Numbered from the stretch's first letter, positions 12,812 through 25,185 are shown. The stretch: 64,000 nt of DNA from Centroscyllium fabricii (GCA_051313645.2 JBNRSN020000005.1:325314001-325378000); one strand, 5' to 3'. Notes: generated from the letters alone by a model not told the origin. Numbers and translations: made by a program.

Positions 12812-14135
12812 TGAGAATCACACAGCACAGAAGGAGGCCATTCGGCCCATCGTGCCTGTGCCGGCTCTTTGAACGAGCGGTCCATTTCGTCCCATTCCCC
12901 TGCTCTTTCCCCAGAGCCCTGCAAATTTTTTCTCACCAAGTATTTGTCCAATTCCCTTTTGAAAGTTACGATTGAATCTGCTTCCACCGCCCTTTCAGGC
13001 AGCGCATTCCAGATCATAACAACTCGGTGCATTAAAAAATTTCCCTTCATCTCCCCTATTATTCAACGGCAAGATGGCGGCGCGCATAGACGCAGCTGCT
13101 TTGCGTCTCCCGTTTTTTTAGTGTCCCTGGTCCCGCACTGTTCCTGGAGAGGACGGCGGGGTCGGTGGAGTGGAGCACCGGTGCTCCTCAATCGGGGCAC
13201 CGGTGCTGAACAAGCCGTCGCGGTCGTCGGAGCGCCGGGGTGCTGAGAGCGGGCTCGAAGAGTCGTCGGGCCTCATGGGGCCGTGGGCGTCGGGAGAGCC
13301 GTGGGGCTCGAGGAGTCGTGGGGCTCGAGGAGCCGTCGGGCCGTGGGCCTCGGGAGAGCCGTGGGGCTCGAGGAGTCGTGGGGCTCGAGGAGCCGTCGGG
13401 CCATGGGCCTCGGGAGAGCCGTGGGGCTCGAGGAGTCGTGGGGCTCGAGGAGCCGTCGGGCCGTGGGCCTCGGGAGAGCCGTGGGGCTCGAGGAGTCGTC
13501 GGGCCGTGGGCCTCGGGAGAGCCGTCGGGCCGTGGGCCTCGGGAGAGCTGTGGGCCTCGAGGAGCCGTCGGGCCGTGGGCCTCGGGAGAGCCGTGGGGCT
13601 CGAGGAGTCGTGGTGCCGTCGGGCTTGGTGAGATGGAACAGGGGTTTGCTCTGTCCACTCCCCTGGCATCGTGGCTGCAGCGCCTGGTGGGATGGAAAGG
13701 ATCAGACTGGGACCAAGGACATTTAATAATTTGGGAGATTGCATGTTTGCATTTTGTTGTTCTGTGTATGTTCACTTTACAATGACAATAAATTGAATCT
13801 TATCTTATCTTATCTTATTTTGTCAATTCCCTTAAATCTGTGTCATCTGGTTAATGACTCTTCTGCCAGCGGAAACCGTTTCTCCATAGCTACTCGATCA
13901 AAACCCCTTATAATTTTGAACACCTCTATTGAATTTCCCCTTAACCTTCTCTGCACCAAGGAGAACAATCCCAGTTTCTCTCGTCTCTCCACACAACGGA
14001 GGTTCCTTTCCCCTGGGACCATTCCAGTCAATCTCTTCTGCGCCCTCTCCAAGGCCTTGACATCCTTCATAAAGTGTGACGTCCAGAATTGGACACAATG
14101 CCCCAGCTGAGGTTGACCCAGTGATTTATAAAGGT
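12812..14135 (-). mobile_element. CR1 LINE 3' fragment, interrupted at about 13062-13817
   Basis: ALERAQKRLTGMVPG...LGLFSLVQRRLRG, then WNALPERAVEA after the insert. Confidence 0.85.
13062..13817 (+). mobile_element. Non-autonomous Rex1-like retroposon with GC-rich minisatellite
   Basis: 5' CAAGATGGCGGC start, minisatellite at 13250-13625, and a 3' end CAATGACAATAAA plus (ATCTT)n resembling the Rex1 tail at 445-490. Confidence 0.6.
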
Positions 14136-14183
14136 TTTGTTCGGCTCTCCTGCAGCAGGGGCTATTTTTGGTTTCTACTTATA

Positions 14184-14555
14184 CAGGTTGAGCACCGTTA
14201 ATCGGGCACGGGCGGGACCAGGCCCGTGCCGGGAAATGGAAAAAACCGGGAGAACGAGTTTGGACACTGCGCATGCGCGCCAGTCAAAATGGCCGCGCGC
14301 ATGCGTGCAGCATTGCGATTGGCTGGCGCGCGCATGCGCAGATCGGACACGGGTCCGCCGTCCCTCTCCATCGCCTTTGGACAAATGCAAAAAGTCACAC
14401 AACACCAGGTTTAAAGTCCAACGTTTTATTTTAAATCACAAGCATTCGCTGATGGGGGCTGCCATTTTGCGCATGCGCAGTGCAGTCGGGACAATTTGTG
14501 CCGGCAGACTGAAGCTGCCGGCTATTCGGGACACGGATTAACGGTGCTCAACCTG
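14184..14555. mobile_element. pogo/Tigger-like MITE
   Basis: Perfect terminal TIR CAGGTTGAGCACCGTTAATC with TA TSD. Confidence 0.88.
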
Positions 14556-15378
14556 TATAGGAGAACATTAGCACACAGCTGAAAAATGGTTGTGTGTGAA
14601 ATATTAATTAGGAAAACATTGACTGATATGAAATTTTAAAATGCACACAGATTAAATGAGGTTCTTCAGAGCTCTGCTGATGACTTGGTTGTTAACCTAG
14701 TGCAGGTATATAACTGAGTCCAATGTTGAAAGGGCATGACTTGATTGGTAACATACCCCATTTCTGAGCCATACTGACTGACAGTCTCAGATTTGAGTCC
14801 AGACAGTTGCAGTCAGCCAGGCATTAGAGGTGCTCCAACTGGTCTCATAGAAACATAGAAGATAGGAGCAGGAGTAGGCCATTCGGCCCCTCGAGCCTGC
14901 TCCGCCATTCAGTGAGATCATGGCTGATCATCCAAACTCAGTACCCTGTCCCTGCCTTCTCCCCCTATCCCTCGATCCCTCTAGCCTTAAGAAATACATC
15001 CAGCTCCTTCTTGAATATATTCAATGAACTAGCCTCCACCGCCCTCTGTGGTAGAGAATTCCACAGGTTCCTGTGGTTTCAGTGCTCCTGGGCTGTGGAG
15101 GAGAAAAACCAGGTAGGCTTTCAGTCCTGGATGTTACTACATTTCGGGAAAGTGGACGTGTGTGGATGTTTGGTGAGGACAGGGTCAGATTTGCCTGTGG
15201 TGCTTGAATAGCCCACCAAGACTCACTGCCTATGTGAAAAGTGGCCACAAATCTTTGCTAGGTAGTGACAGGAAGGGATATGGAGCAACGGCAGGTAAAT
15301 GGAGTTGAGGGACAGATCAGCCGTGACCTAATTGAATGGCGGAACAGGCCTGAGGGGTCGAATGGCCACCTCCAGTTA

Positions 15379-15725
15379 CAGGTTGAGCACCGGTAACCCG
15401 ATACTCTCAGGACCAGGCCGGTGCCAGACCACTGAAAATTCCAAACCACTGAAGGTTCGGGGGGAGCGCGCGGTAGAACACCCCCCGGGGCCCGGAGCAC
15501 GCGGTAGAACACTCCCCCCCGAGGGAGCCCGGGGATAGAACACTCACAAAACCTAAAAGCACAGAAACCCAAATGCCCGACGCCTTCGGCGCTCGCCCAC
15601 CCTTCCCAGGAAACGGTGGCGCCGCCGAGCGGCTGCTCCGTAAAATGAAGAGCACCGGTTTCCAATCGTGCCGGACCACTGAAGCTGCCAGACCATCGGG
15701 TGCCGGATTACCAGTGCTCAACCTG
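15379..15725. mobile_element. pogo/Tigger-like MITE (different interior)
   Basis: CAGGTTGAGCAC...GTGCTCAACCTG with TA flanks. Confidence 0.85.
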
Positions 15726-16708
15726 TACTAATGTTCCTAGGGACAAAATGGCGTGGAACCACATCCCAACAGCATTCAACCAACCTTCAGGAGAGGACGA
15801 GGGAAGAGGATCTGCACAAAACGTATTACACCCTCTACCCAATGAATGGGTCCTTCAGTCTCACCAGTCAGATTGCCTCACTGCCCATGTATCTGGTATT
15901 ACAATGGCATCTTTATAACATTTTACATAGGATTACGTAGGATATACGGCACTGAAACAGGCCATTCGGCCCAACCAGTCCATGACGGCGTTTATGCTCC
16001 ACTCGAGCCTCCTCCCATCTTTCCTCATCTAACTCTATCAGTATAACCCTCGATTCCCTTCTCCCTCATATGATTGTCTAACCTCCCCTTAAACGCATCG
16101 ATACTATTCGATTCAACCACTCCCTGTGGTAGCGAGTTCCACATTCTCACCACTCTTTGGGTAAAGAAGTTTCTTCTGAATTCCCTGTTTGATTTCTGTT
16201 GATGGCCTCTAGTTATGCTCTTCCCCACAAGTGGAAACATTCTCTCTCTGTATCCACTCTACCAAAATCTTTCATAATTTTAAAGACCTCTATTAGGTCA
16301 CCCCCTCAGCCTTCTTTTTCAAGCGAAAAGAGACCCAGCCCGTTCATCCTTTCCTGATATGTATTCTCATCCTTTTCTTCACATTTCTGGTATCATCCTT
16401 GTAAATCTTCTCCAGTGCCTCTATATTCTTTTTATAATACGCCAACCAGAACTGTATACAGTGCTCTAAGTGTGGTCTAACCAAGGTTCGATACAGGTTC
16501 AGCAAAACATTCCTACTTTTCAATTCTGTCCCTCTAGAAATAAACCCTAGTGCTTGGTTTGCTTTTTTTATGGCCTTGCTAACCTGAGTCGCTACGTTTA
16601 GTGATTTGTGTATTTGCACTCCGAGATCACTTTGTTCCTCTACCGCATCAAGACTCGCACCCTCCAAGTAATAGGTGACCTCCCTATTCTTCCTACCAAA
16701 ATGTAATA

Positions 16709-17320
16709 CAGGTTTAAGTTCATTAATCCAGCAGGGTCGGGACCAGCACCGTGCCGGATTGTTGAAAACGGCGAATTATTGAAGCCACGGCGGCGCATGC
16801 ACAGAACATTCAAAATGGCCGCCGCAAAATTGTCAATTCTCTGCGCATGCGTTCGCCGGAACCTGGCAGTTGATTTTCGGCCTAAGGGTTGGGTGGAACT
16901 CGCACTCGATTCTGCTGCGGGTCAGGAAGCGGGCTGCACGGCTCCAGCGGGCCTGAGGCCCAATGCGCGGCTCAAGCCTGGCTCATGTGACTCCACCGTA
17001 CGCCAGCTTCGGTACGCGGTGACGTCCGCACGCAGCCAGGCAGGAGCCTCCGGCAGCGATGGGCACCGAGCATTGCCTGTATCGCGTCCTGCGAAAGGCG
17101 GCTGGCACAACAGCTCATCTTCTGGGCCTGAGATTCACCATCGGCATCGGGCTGGTCACTAAGCCGGGATCCAGTGAGTATATGTTAGGTGAAAGGAAAG
17201 CCCAGCCCCGACAGTGGCCATTTTGAATTGTCTGCGCATGCGCCGGGCAGTCGGGAAAATCTGTGCTGAACGACTGAAGCTGCTGTTTTTTTGGGTGCCG
17301 GATTAATGAACTTCAACCTG
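16709..17320. mobile_element. pogo/Tigger-like MITE
   Basis: CAGGTTTAAGTTCATTAATCC...GGATTAATGAACTTCAACCTG. Confidence 0.8.
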
Positions 17321-17333
17321 GACCTCACATTTA

Positions 17334-17594
17334 CAATAGCAAAATACTGTGGATGCTGGAAATCTGAAATAACAACAGAAAATGCTGGAAACACTCAGCA
17401 GGTCAGGCAGCATCTGAGGAGAGAGAAACAGTGTTAACGTTTCGGGTCGAGGACCCTTCGTCAGAACTGGATAAGGTCAGAGAAAGAAAAGGTCAGAGAA
17501 GAGAGATTTTTAACCTCGACCTGAAACGTTAACTCTGTTTCTCTCTCCTCGATGTTGCCTGACCTGCTGAGTGTTTCCAGCATTGTCTGTTGTT
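17334..17594. mobile_element. Fold-back Penelope pLTR-derived mini-element
   Basis: Inverted arms and a 12-bp TSD ACCTCACATTTA (17322-17333 / 17595-17606). Confidence 0.82.
17433..17467 (-). ncRNA. Minimal type I hammerhead ribozyme motif
   Basis: Minus strand reads GTT-CTGACGA-AGGGTC-CTC-GACCC-GAAA-CG-TT-AAC. This gives the core CUGANGA/GAAA, stem I GTT/AAC, stem II, and a palindromic AACGTT stem III with a GUU cleavage triplet. Confidence 0.8.
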
Positions 17595-18531
17595 ACCTCA
17601 CATTTATCTGTGTTGAACTTCATTTGCCAATTATTTGCCCATTCTGCAAGTTTATTAATGTCCTTCTGTAACTTGTCGCCGTCCTCCTCAGTATTGACTA
17701 GCCCCCCCAATTTGGTGTCATGCGCAAATTTAGAAATTGTGTTTTTGATTCCTAAGTCTAAATCGTCAATATAAATTGTGAACATCAGTGGTCCCAGCAC
17801 TGATCCTTGTGGAACACCACTACCCACCTTCTGCCACTGTGAATAGCTACCCTTTACTCCTACTCTTTGCTTTCTGTGCTTTCAGAGGAAACGTAATCCT
17901 AATTTTTTTGTGGCAATGCAACCACAATGAAGACTGTCAATGTGAACACAATCTTCCCCACTCCATTTCAAAATTTAACACGTCAAAGGTCTCGCTCTGA
18001 CTTTGTGCTCCCAATGGGGAGGCTTCTCTCCGGGAATACACGCCAGCATTTGGGGTCCACACTGTGGAGAAGTTTCCTGCCATTGGTTTAAATGATCAAA
18101 AAATCATGTGCAGCCTACGGCCGAATTTCCAGTATGCAATCCCAGTGGGCCAAAGCTCTTTTTCTTTTATCCATTGATGGGATGTTGGCGTCGCTGGCTG
18201 GCTAGGCCAGCATTTAGTGCGCATCCCTAATTGCCCTCGAGAAGATGGTGGTGAGCCACCTTCTTGAACTGTTGCAGTCCATATGGTGTAAGTACACCCA
18301 CAATGTTGTTAGGAAGGGAGTTCCAGGATTTTGGCCCAGCGACAGTGAAGGAGCGGCGATACAGGTCCAAGTCAGGATGGTGTGTGGCTTGGAGGGGAAC
18401 TTGTAGGTGGTGCTTTACCAGGAGCATGAAGTTAGAAAATGGCCCCTATCGCTGGGACCGGGAAGGTATGCCACTTGTACAACTGATTTGAGAACCCAAT
18501 TGAATACCAGCTTCCACCATCACCAACATAT

Positions 18532-18912
18532 CACAGAACACAGAAACACAGAAGATAGGAGCAGGAGTAGGCCATTCGGCCCTTCGCGCCGGCTCCGCCG
18601 TTTTGACGAGATCATGGCTGATCATCCAAACCCAGCACCCCCTCCTACCCTCTCCCCATATCTCCCGACACCCCCAACTCTAAGAACTATATCTCATACA
18701 CATACTTATGGGCAATTTTTAGTATCTCCAATTGACCTAACCTGCATGTCTTTGGGTGGTGGGAGGAAACCGGAGTACCCGGAGGAAACCCACACGAACA
18801 CGGGGAGAACATGCAAACTCCACGCAAAGAGGTCCCGGGCCAAGCAGGATTCGAACCCAGGAGCTCCTTATTGCGAGGCAGCAGTGCTAACCACTGCGCC
18901 ACCGTGTCGTCC
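18532..18912 (-). mobile_element. V-SINE (variant subfamily)
   Basis: V-domain and CR1-type tail in reverse orientation. Confidence 0.85.
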
Positions 18913-21089
18913 ACTGTTGTGCTCTCCTGCAGAAGGTATGCCAATTTATCCAGTTTCTTTTTTCTATGAAGAAACGAGGTGAAGGGCCGAGATATCATAG
19001 TTACAGAACGGTGAAGCTTGAACAGAGCAGGAGAGAAGATGAGATAGTCTTGGCAAATCCGTAGATTATTGGAGGAATGGAAAACTGAGAGCAGGAAGAA
19101 GCTCCACAGGTCAGAGGTCCCAGGGAGGAATGAGCTACACTCGGATATTGTCTCAACTTCAATAGACAGTGAAGTGACTAAAATATGAAAGAAAGAGGCA
19201 GAGTTTGGTGGGACCACTTTGGCTGATAGTTCCATGGAGGAAGGAAGAGGACCTGCCTTTTTTCTACAATCCAAGGACAGGAACTGCTCTTTAGACAAGC
19301 ACCAGCTACATAGTAGGAGAAGCCAGGGAGCTGCCAGCTATTGGCCAGTGAGTGCTGTTGTTCAACCAAAATCTCAATGTTTATTTTGTATTTTAATAAT
19401 TTCGTAATGATCTCAGCAGTGAGGCTAATGGATGTGGACAACCATGGATAATGGCGTTTGGGGGATCTACTGCTGCTTGTCATGTTCAGTTAAACAAATT
19501 CCACTCCAATTACTAGGACCTGGCAGGGGCTGCGGACATTCCCGTACAAAATATCTGAGTGACTTGCATCCTTTTAAGATGTTGGAAGATCAGTCACAAC
19601 TGGGGATGATCGAAGGGACTCTGGTTGCTCCCTCCTCTGCAGCCAGTTATAGCCCTCTCTCCTCTCTCTCTCTCTCTTTTATTTCTTCCCCCGTCTGCGA
19701 TAAGTTGTCTGCCATTTCCTCACAGGCCAGGATCAATTTTGGCAAGAGCGGCGCTACTGAATGTCGAGCCGCTGAATAACCGCCCGCCTCCAAGTTCATT
19801 ACAGCCACTCATTCAGCACAGCTCATTAAGATGGTCTGCGGAATTAAAATGCAAATTTTCTTTTACAAGACGCTGATGGATCTGTCTGTAGCTGATGCTG
19901 TTTGCGGTGCTTCCCAGTCTGATGCACGCACTGCATTTCAAGTGGATTCACGCACTGTTAATTTAGATTTGTCTGTTCTTAATTTGGCCCCAACTGTCAA
20001 CAGAACCGATACTCTGATAAATCCATTAACAATGGAAGTTTGAAATAAAAACAAAACGACTGTGATTGCGTTTCAGCAATACACAGTTTGATCGTCAGTA
20101 ACATGTTAATGAACTTTCGTCTCCATGGAGTATTGACTTCAGAATTTCTTTTGTATTATCATGACTGTTCTCTCTCTCTCTCTGAAATGAATAGATTAAT
20201 TTAACTAATTGGAAACATCCTCTAAATTATGTCATATCTATTCATGACCACTGTAAAATATGCTTTTGGATGCTATTTAAACTAAATTAATTCAGCAGCT
20301 CATTTAATGGCGAGAAAAAAACAATTACAGACTATTTAATTAAAGTTACTGAATAACGTAATTCCCCGCCGTCTAATTAGCTTTGCCGTTATTTCCAGCT
20401 CTGTTCTCAGCCTCCAGTAACCGCAGGTATGCCGAATGCTTATTTTACCAGTACAAGTATAGGGGTACAGAGTGCTTCGAGGGGTTACGCGGTGCTTTTA
20501 ACATTTAAAGCTGGGGTCTCAGGGAAAGCAACACCACCAGCTCCGTGCTCTGTCTCAAGTTGTTTATCTCTGCCTCCCCACTGCTTCGCTCAAAATCAAG
20601 GCTTGTTGGAGGATGGAAAAAGAAAAACCACGATTAATTGGTAAAAGGAAAGCAATCTGCCTCAACCTTGTTCAGTTTTATTACACGGAATTGCATACAA
20701 CGTCCAGCACAGAAGCAGGCCAATCAGCCCAAGCCGGCGTTTATGCTCCACACCACCCTCCTCCAACCCCTCATTTTAGATGGAGTCTCACTGGTGGCTG
20801 TTGAGACCCATGGGCCTGGATTTTAACTCAGTGCGGGATGGTGTTGTGTTATCCGCATTTTGTGTTATCCACCCGAATCTAAATGGATGTGGGAGATTGA
20901 TGCAATTTTAACTTAATTGTCCAACTGAGTTCCAATGTGTGGGAACCCTTGGCAAATGGGTTTTCCCTGACTGAAAGTCGCCTCCGATGGCATCATCATT
21001 GCTGCTGCATTTAAGGTCTACAGCAAGCCTTGCTTCTTCTGCCGACTGCCAAGCTTTTTGCCTGTGGAGTGTGAGAGACCGGCAGGAAA

Positions 21090-21501
21090 GATAGAAACAT
21101 AGAAACATAGAAACTCGGAGCAGGAGTAGGCCATTCGGCCCTTCGAGCCTGCTCCGCCATTCAATGAGATCATGGCTGATCATCCAAACCCAGCATCCCG
21201 CCCCTGCCCTCTCCCCATATCCCTCACATCCCTATCGAGCCTGCATCAACACATATCCCGCCCTATCCCCGCAACCCCACATATTCAATCCCCCTAACAC
21301 TGAGGGTCAATTTATCATGGCCAATCAACCTAACCCGCACATCTTTGGACTGTGGGAGGAAACCGGAGCACCCGGAGGAAACCCACGCAGACACGGGGAG
21401 AATGTGCAAACTCCACACAGATAGTACCCGAGGCTGGATTTGAACCCGGGTCTCCAGTGCTGTGAGGCAACAATGCTAACCACTGTGCCACCGTGCTGCC
21501 C
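21090..21501 (-). mobile_element. HE1-type V-SINE
   Basis: Reverse complement of the 11947-12350 family. Confidence 0.9.
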
Positions 21502-23706
21502 CGAGGGGGTGGTCCTGGAAATCGTGGGAGTAGCGGGAGACCCAGATCAGCTCCTCGTTTTGACAAGGTGGCCCTGCAGGCTTTAGTAGATGGGGCTATA
21601 GCCAACAGGGAGGTGCTCTTCCCTTCTACAGGGAGGAAGGGGCCTCCCAAACAGACCGAGGCAGTGTGGATGCAGGTGGCTGAGGAGGTCAATTCATTGG
21701 GAGTCACCCACAGAACCTGATACAGTGCCGCAAGAGGTTTCATGACCTTCTCCGCACTGGAAAAGTGAGTATGAATTTCCCATCACCCTCAATCTGATCC
21801 CCATTGCCTCTCCTCACCTCAGCTTTAGCAATCTCTTCCTTCACACTCCAGTTGACACTGACATCCATGCACCCTTACCCATTCCCTTTCTCTCTATGGT
21901 CACATTCACATAACTATTCGATTATGCAGCCCTCACACTCCCTATCACTGTGATGCTATGAAAACAACTGACAACACACAGGGAGGGCCCTTGGTCTTGC
22001 CACCTCACTCCATCTTTGTCTCCTTCTAAGTATCGATGCGATGGAATTTCTACAGTCACTGCTTCATTCTCACTCAACCTCCACTTGTCTCCCTCATTGC
22101 AGGAAGAGAGCTCACAATAAGCGAGAAAGAGCAAGGACAGGAGGAGGGCCACACTCACTAGCCCATCTCAACCCCTGGGAGGAGGCGGTCCTGGAAATCG
22201 TGGGAGTAGAGGAGGAGGCGTAAGTGAGGGATGGACAGATGGGTGCAAAACAGTAAGCTGGTGACAGAACAGTTTCCCATCTCTTTCATTGGCATTGCGT
22301 GAGTCGCTGATAATGATTCAGAAGTTCTAACAGATGGACTTGAGCATCTGCAATATGCAATGTGCATGTAATCTTGGCATCAAGTTGATGTGCGATCAAT
22401 TATACTCGAGGCGAGGTTCAGAATACAACTGAGGCTTTTATTCACTAAGAACCCTGGACATCCTTAGACTGACCGGCAACTCCTTGTACTGGGCCAAGCT
22501 CCCAGAGCTCGGGCCTTTATCAGGTAGGCTAGGGGCGGAGTCAGCTTTAGGCATGCCCGGGCATGTATACACACAGGCAAATATATACAACAGTGGTTTA
22601 CCACACAAGTTTCTGACTCTTTCCTTTACTCCCCCACAGGACCATCGCAAGCATCCATCCCCACTAGCCAGGAAGAATAGGCTGAGCAGCCAGACTCCTC
22701 AGAGGAAGCTGCAACCTCTGAGGGCACAGCGTCAGCATAATTCAGCGCACCCAGCACCAGCACAGACACTCACAATTCGCTGAGACCTTCGGGACATAGA
22801 GTAGTGTCATCACCTGGTGTATCACAGCTCACAAGTGAGCATCAGCAGATTGTGGAGACAGGGACAGCAGTGGAGAGTCCTAGTCGGAGGGCAGAGGACT
22901 CTGCCAGCTCGGCTCAGCTGTATGTCAACACTCTGCCTCTGGGTCCATCCATAAGATCAGCGGTGCTGGAACTCCAGGAACAGATGCAGGAGTCTCTGGC
23001 AGGTTTTGTCTCCAGGGTCGCTGCAAGTATAGAGCGAATGAAGGAGTCCGTAGCGACCATGAGCAGAGCCTTTGTGGAGTCATTGGCGCATGAACGCATC
23101 ACGACAGAAAGGATGGCAACCTCCCTCGAACAGATGGCACCAATAGATGAGAGGATAGCTTCGGCCTTGGAGGAGATAAGTCGCCAGAGTGCAGAAAACA
23201 TGGTGAGTGTTCAGAATAGAATAACATCTCTGGAGGAGCGATGGTCATCTATTGAACAGAGAAACCAGACCTTCATGGAAGTCCTTCTGAGTAGGACTGC
23301 CATTGCAGATACGGGTCCCCATGGCCCCCCTGATGTGCAGCAAGGTGCTCTCAAGCCACTTGCAGGTGCTGAGGGGGACCTGACCCATGAAAGGGAAGTT
23401 GATGGCAGACATCAAGGAAGTGAGGTCTCCTCTCCAAGCACTCACACTTTCAAACTACTGCAGAGCTCTCGGTCAGAGCCCCACCAGAGTCCACACCCAA
23501 GTGAGATAGGCATCTCAACCCCTGCACAGCCGCAGGAGCAGCAGACTGTTGACGAGCCCTCACAGCCTCGCAACCCCAGAGGACGCCCACCAAAGGTGTC
23601 GAGATAGGAGCAGCAGCAAAGTGAGCAAGGGGCCTCCACATCTGCTGAAGCCACAGGGGAGGCACCATGTAGGAGCAGGCGTAAGAGAAAAATTCTGCAC
23701 AAATAG
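21502..23706 (+). pseudogene. Harbinger Myb/SANT-like DNA-binding protein gene, three exons, disrupted
   Basis: Exon 1 APRFDKVALQALVD...W..VAEEVN...RT[W]IQCRKRFHDL (1-bp deletion near 21719; donor gtgagt at 21765). Exon 2 at about 22103-22252, KRAHNKRERARTGGG. Exon 3 from 22640 with a coiled-coil-like segment. Confidence 0.8.
22386..22605 (-). mobile_element. Solo LTR in intron 2 of the Myb-like gene
   Basis: TG...CA ends, 5-bp TSD CAAGT, and AATAAA on the minus strand. Confidence 0.8.
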
Positions 23707-23909
23707 TCACTTGGGTGAAATGTTGTGTTTATTGTAAAAATATCATCAGTTGGTTCTTGTACATAAAAATTCTAATGGCAACTGTTGCAGTTGTGGCGTG
23801 TGTCATTTCGCGAATGGGACTTTCACATTGTGAGCTTAGGATTACTTGCAACTGTCAGTATGCTGGTCAAATTGCTCGGAATCAGCAGGGTCTTGGCCAC
23901 TGTCGATGT

Positions 23910-25185
23910 TCAGGCAAGAAGCTGCGAGGCAAAAGTGCTTGATCGGCTAGGCTGAGCAAATCTGGCCAAGATGCATGTGTTCCTTGCATCACGGGTAGCA
24001 ATGTTCTCGTGCAATACTGCCGCTGGTTGATGGGCCTCTGCAGGATGTTCATTTTCACACTCCTCCTCCTCCTCCACCACCTCATCTGAGGAGGGTATCT
24101 GAGGAGCCATTTGGTCCTCAGGAATCTGCAAGCCATGACGCTGTGCCATGTTGTAAAGTGCACAGCAAACCATGACGAATCTGGAGACCCTGGCTGCTGA
24201 GTACTGCAGGGCTCCATCGGATCTATCCAGGAATCTGAAGTGCAGCTTCAGCAAACCGATGGTTTGCTCAATTATGGCTCTGGTGGACATGTGGCTGGAG
24301 TTGTAGCTCTCTTCAGCGTCGTTGGATGGGCTCCTCAATGGCCTTAGTAGCCACGTCTTCAGGGGATAGCCCTTGTCTCCAAGTAGCCATCCATTAAGTT
24401 GGGCTGGCAGACTGAATAGCGGAGGCACACTAGACTGGCACAGTATGAAGGAGTCATGGCAACTGCCAGGGTACTTGGCACAAACATGCACAATTTCCTT
24501 CTTGTGGTTACACACCAGCTGAACGTTAAGGGAGTGGAAGCCCTTGTGGTTGACAAAAATACGTGGATTGCGATGGGGTGCCTTAAGGGCCACATATGTG
24601 CAGTCAACAACGCCCTGCACCCTTGGAAAGCCTGCAGACTAGCTAAGCCAACTGCACACGCCGTGACACTTGCTTGATCCTTGGTGGAATGGATGTGATT
24701 GTGTGCGCGATTGCAAATAGAGCATCGGTTACCTGCATGATGCAAGTGTGTGCGGCCGCCTGGGAGATGCCGCTGATGTCTGCTGCTGATCCCTGGAATG
24801 AGCCGGAGGCAAAAACGTTAAGTGCGGTGGTGACTTTGATGACCACTGGTAAGGGTTGTCCACCTGGTCCTCTGGCCTGCAGGTCTTGTTTCAGCATTGC
24901 GCAGATGTCACCCACTATCTCTCGCTAAAGTCGGAGCCGCCTTTAGCACTGCTGCTTAGATATGTTGAGGTAGCTGACCCTGTGTCTGTAGACCCTGTTT
25001 GGGGGGTATCTCCTGTGCCGACGGGTTTCCAGGCGCTGGCCCCTTCTGGCCTGTGCAGCTTCAGGTGGGTGAGCAGCAGCCTGGCGCTCCTGTTGGTGCT
25101 GCTGTTGTTCCTGGTTCTGCTGGTGCCGCGGCTGGTGCTCGAGCTCATCTAATGCCCAGATGGGAAGGAAATAAATGGCTCCCAT
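23910..25185 (-). pseudogene. PIF/Harbinger DDE transposase (HARBI1-like), with stops and a frameshift
   Basis: HTH region [11 protein letters not shown]...GISQ, then [40 protein letters not shown] and [12 protein letters not shown]. Confidence 0.93.

Larger units (their letters stand above)
15925..17880 (-). mobile_element. CR1 LINE fragment carrying nested MITE and pLTR insertions
   Basis: SGVPQGSVLGP...KFAHDTKLGG (17600-17830) continues into the RT C-terminus and 3' UTR (15925-16706). Confidence 0.85.

Noticed and set aside
13118-13785. Several 150-200 aa ORFs on both strands
   Set aside because: GC-rich minisatellite that lacks stop codons.
14715-15245. Possible ancient SINE split by a CR1 tail
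   Set aside because: Too degenerate to delimit or name without a database search.
20445-20520. Possible next SORCS exon (minus strand ...LYW|gtaa)
   Set aside because: The upstream peptide does not resemble SORCS and the frame contains a stop.
23910-25185. Domesticated host HARBI1 gene
   Set aside because: It has stops and a frameshift, sits beside a disrupted Myb partner, and lies inside another gene's intron.
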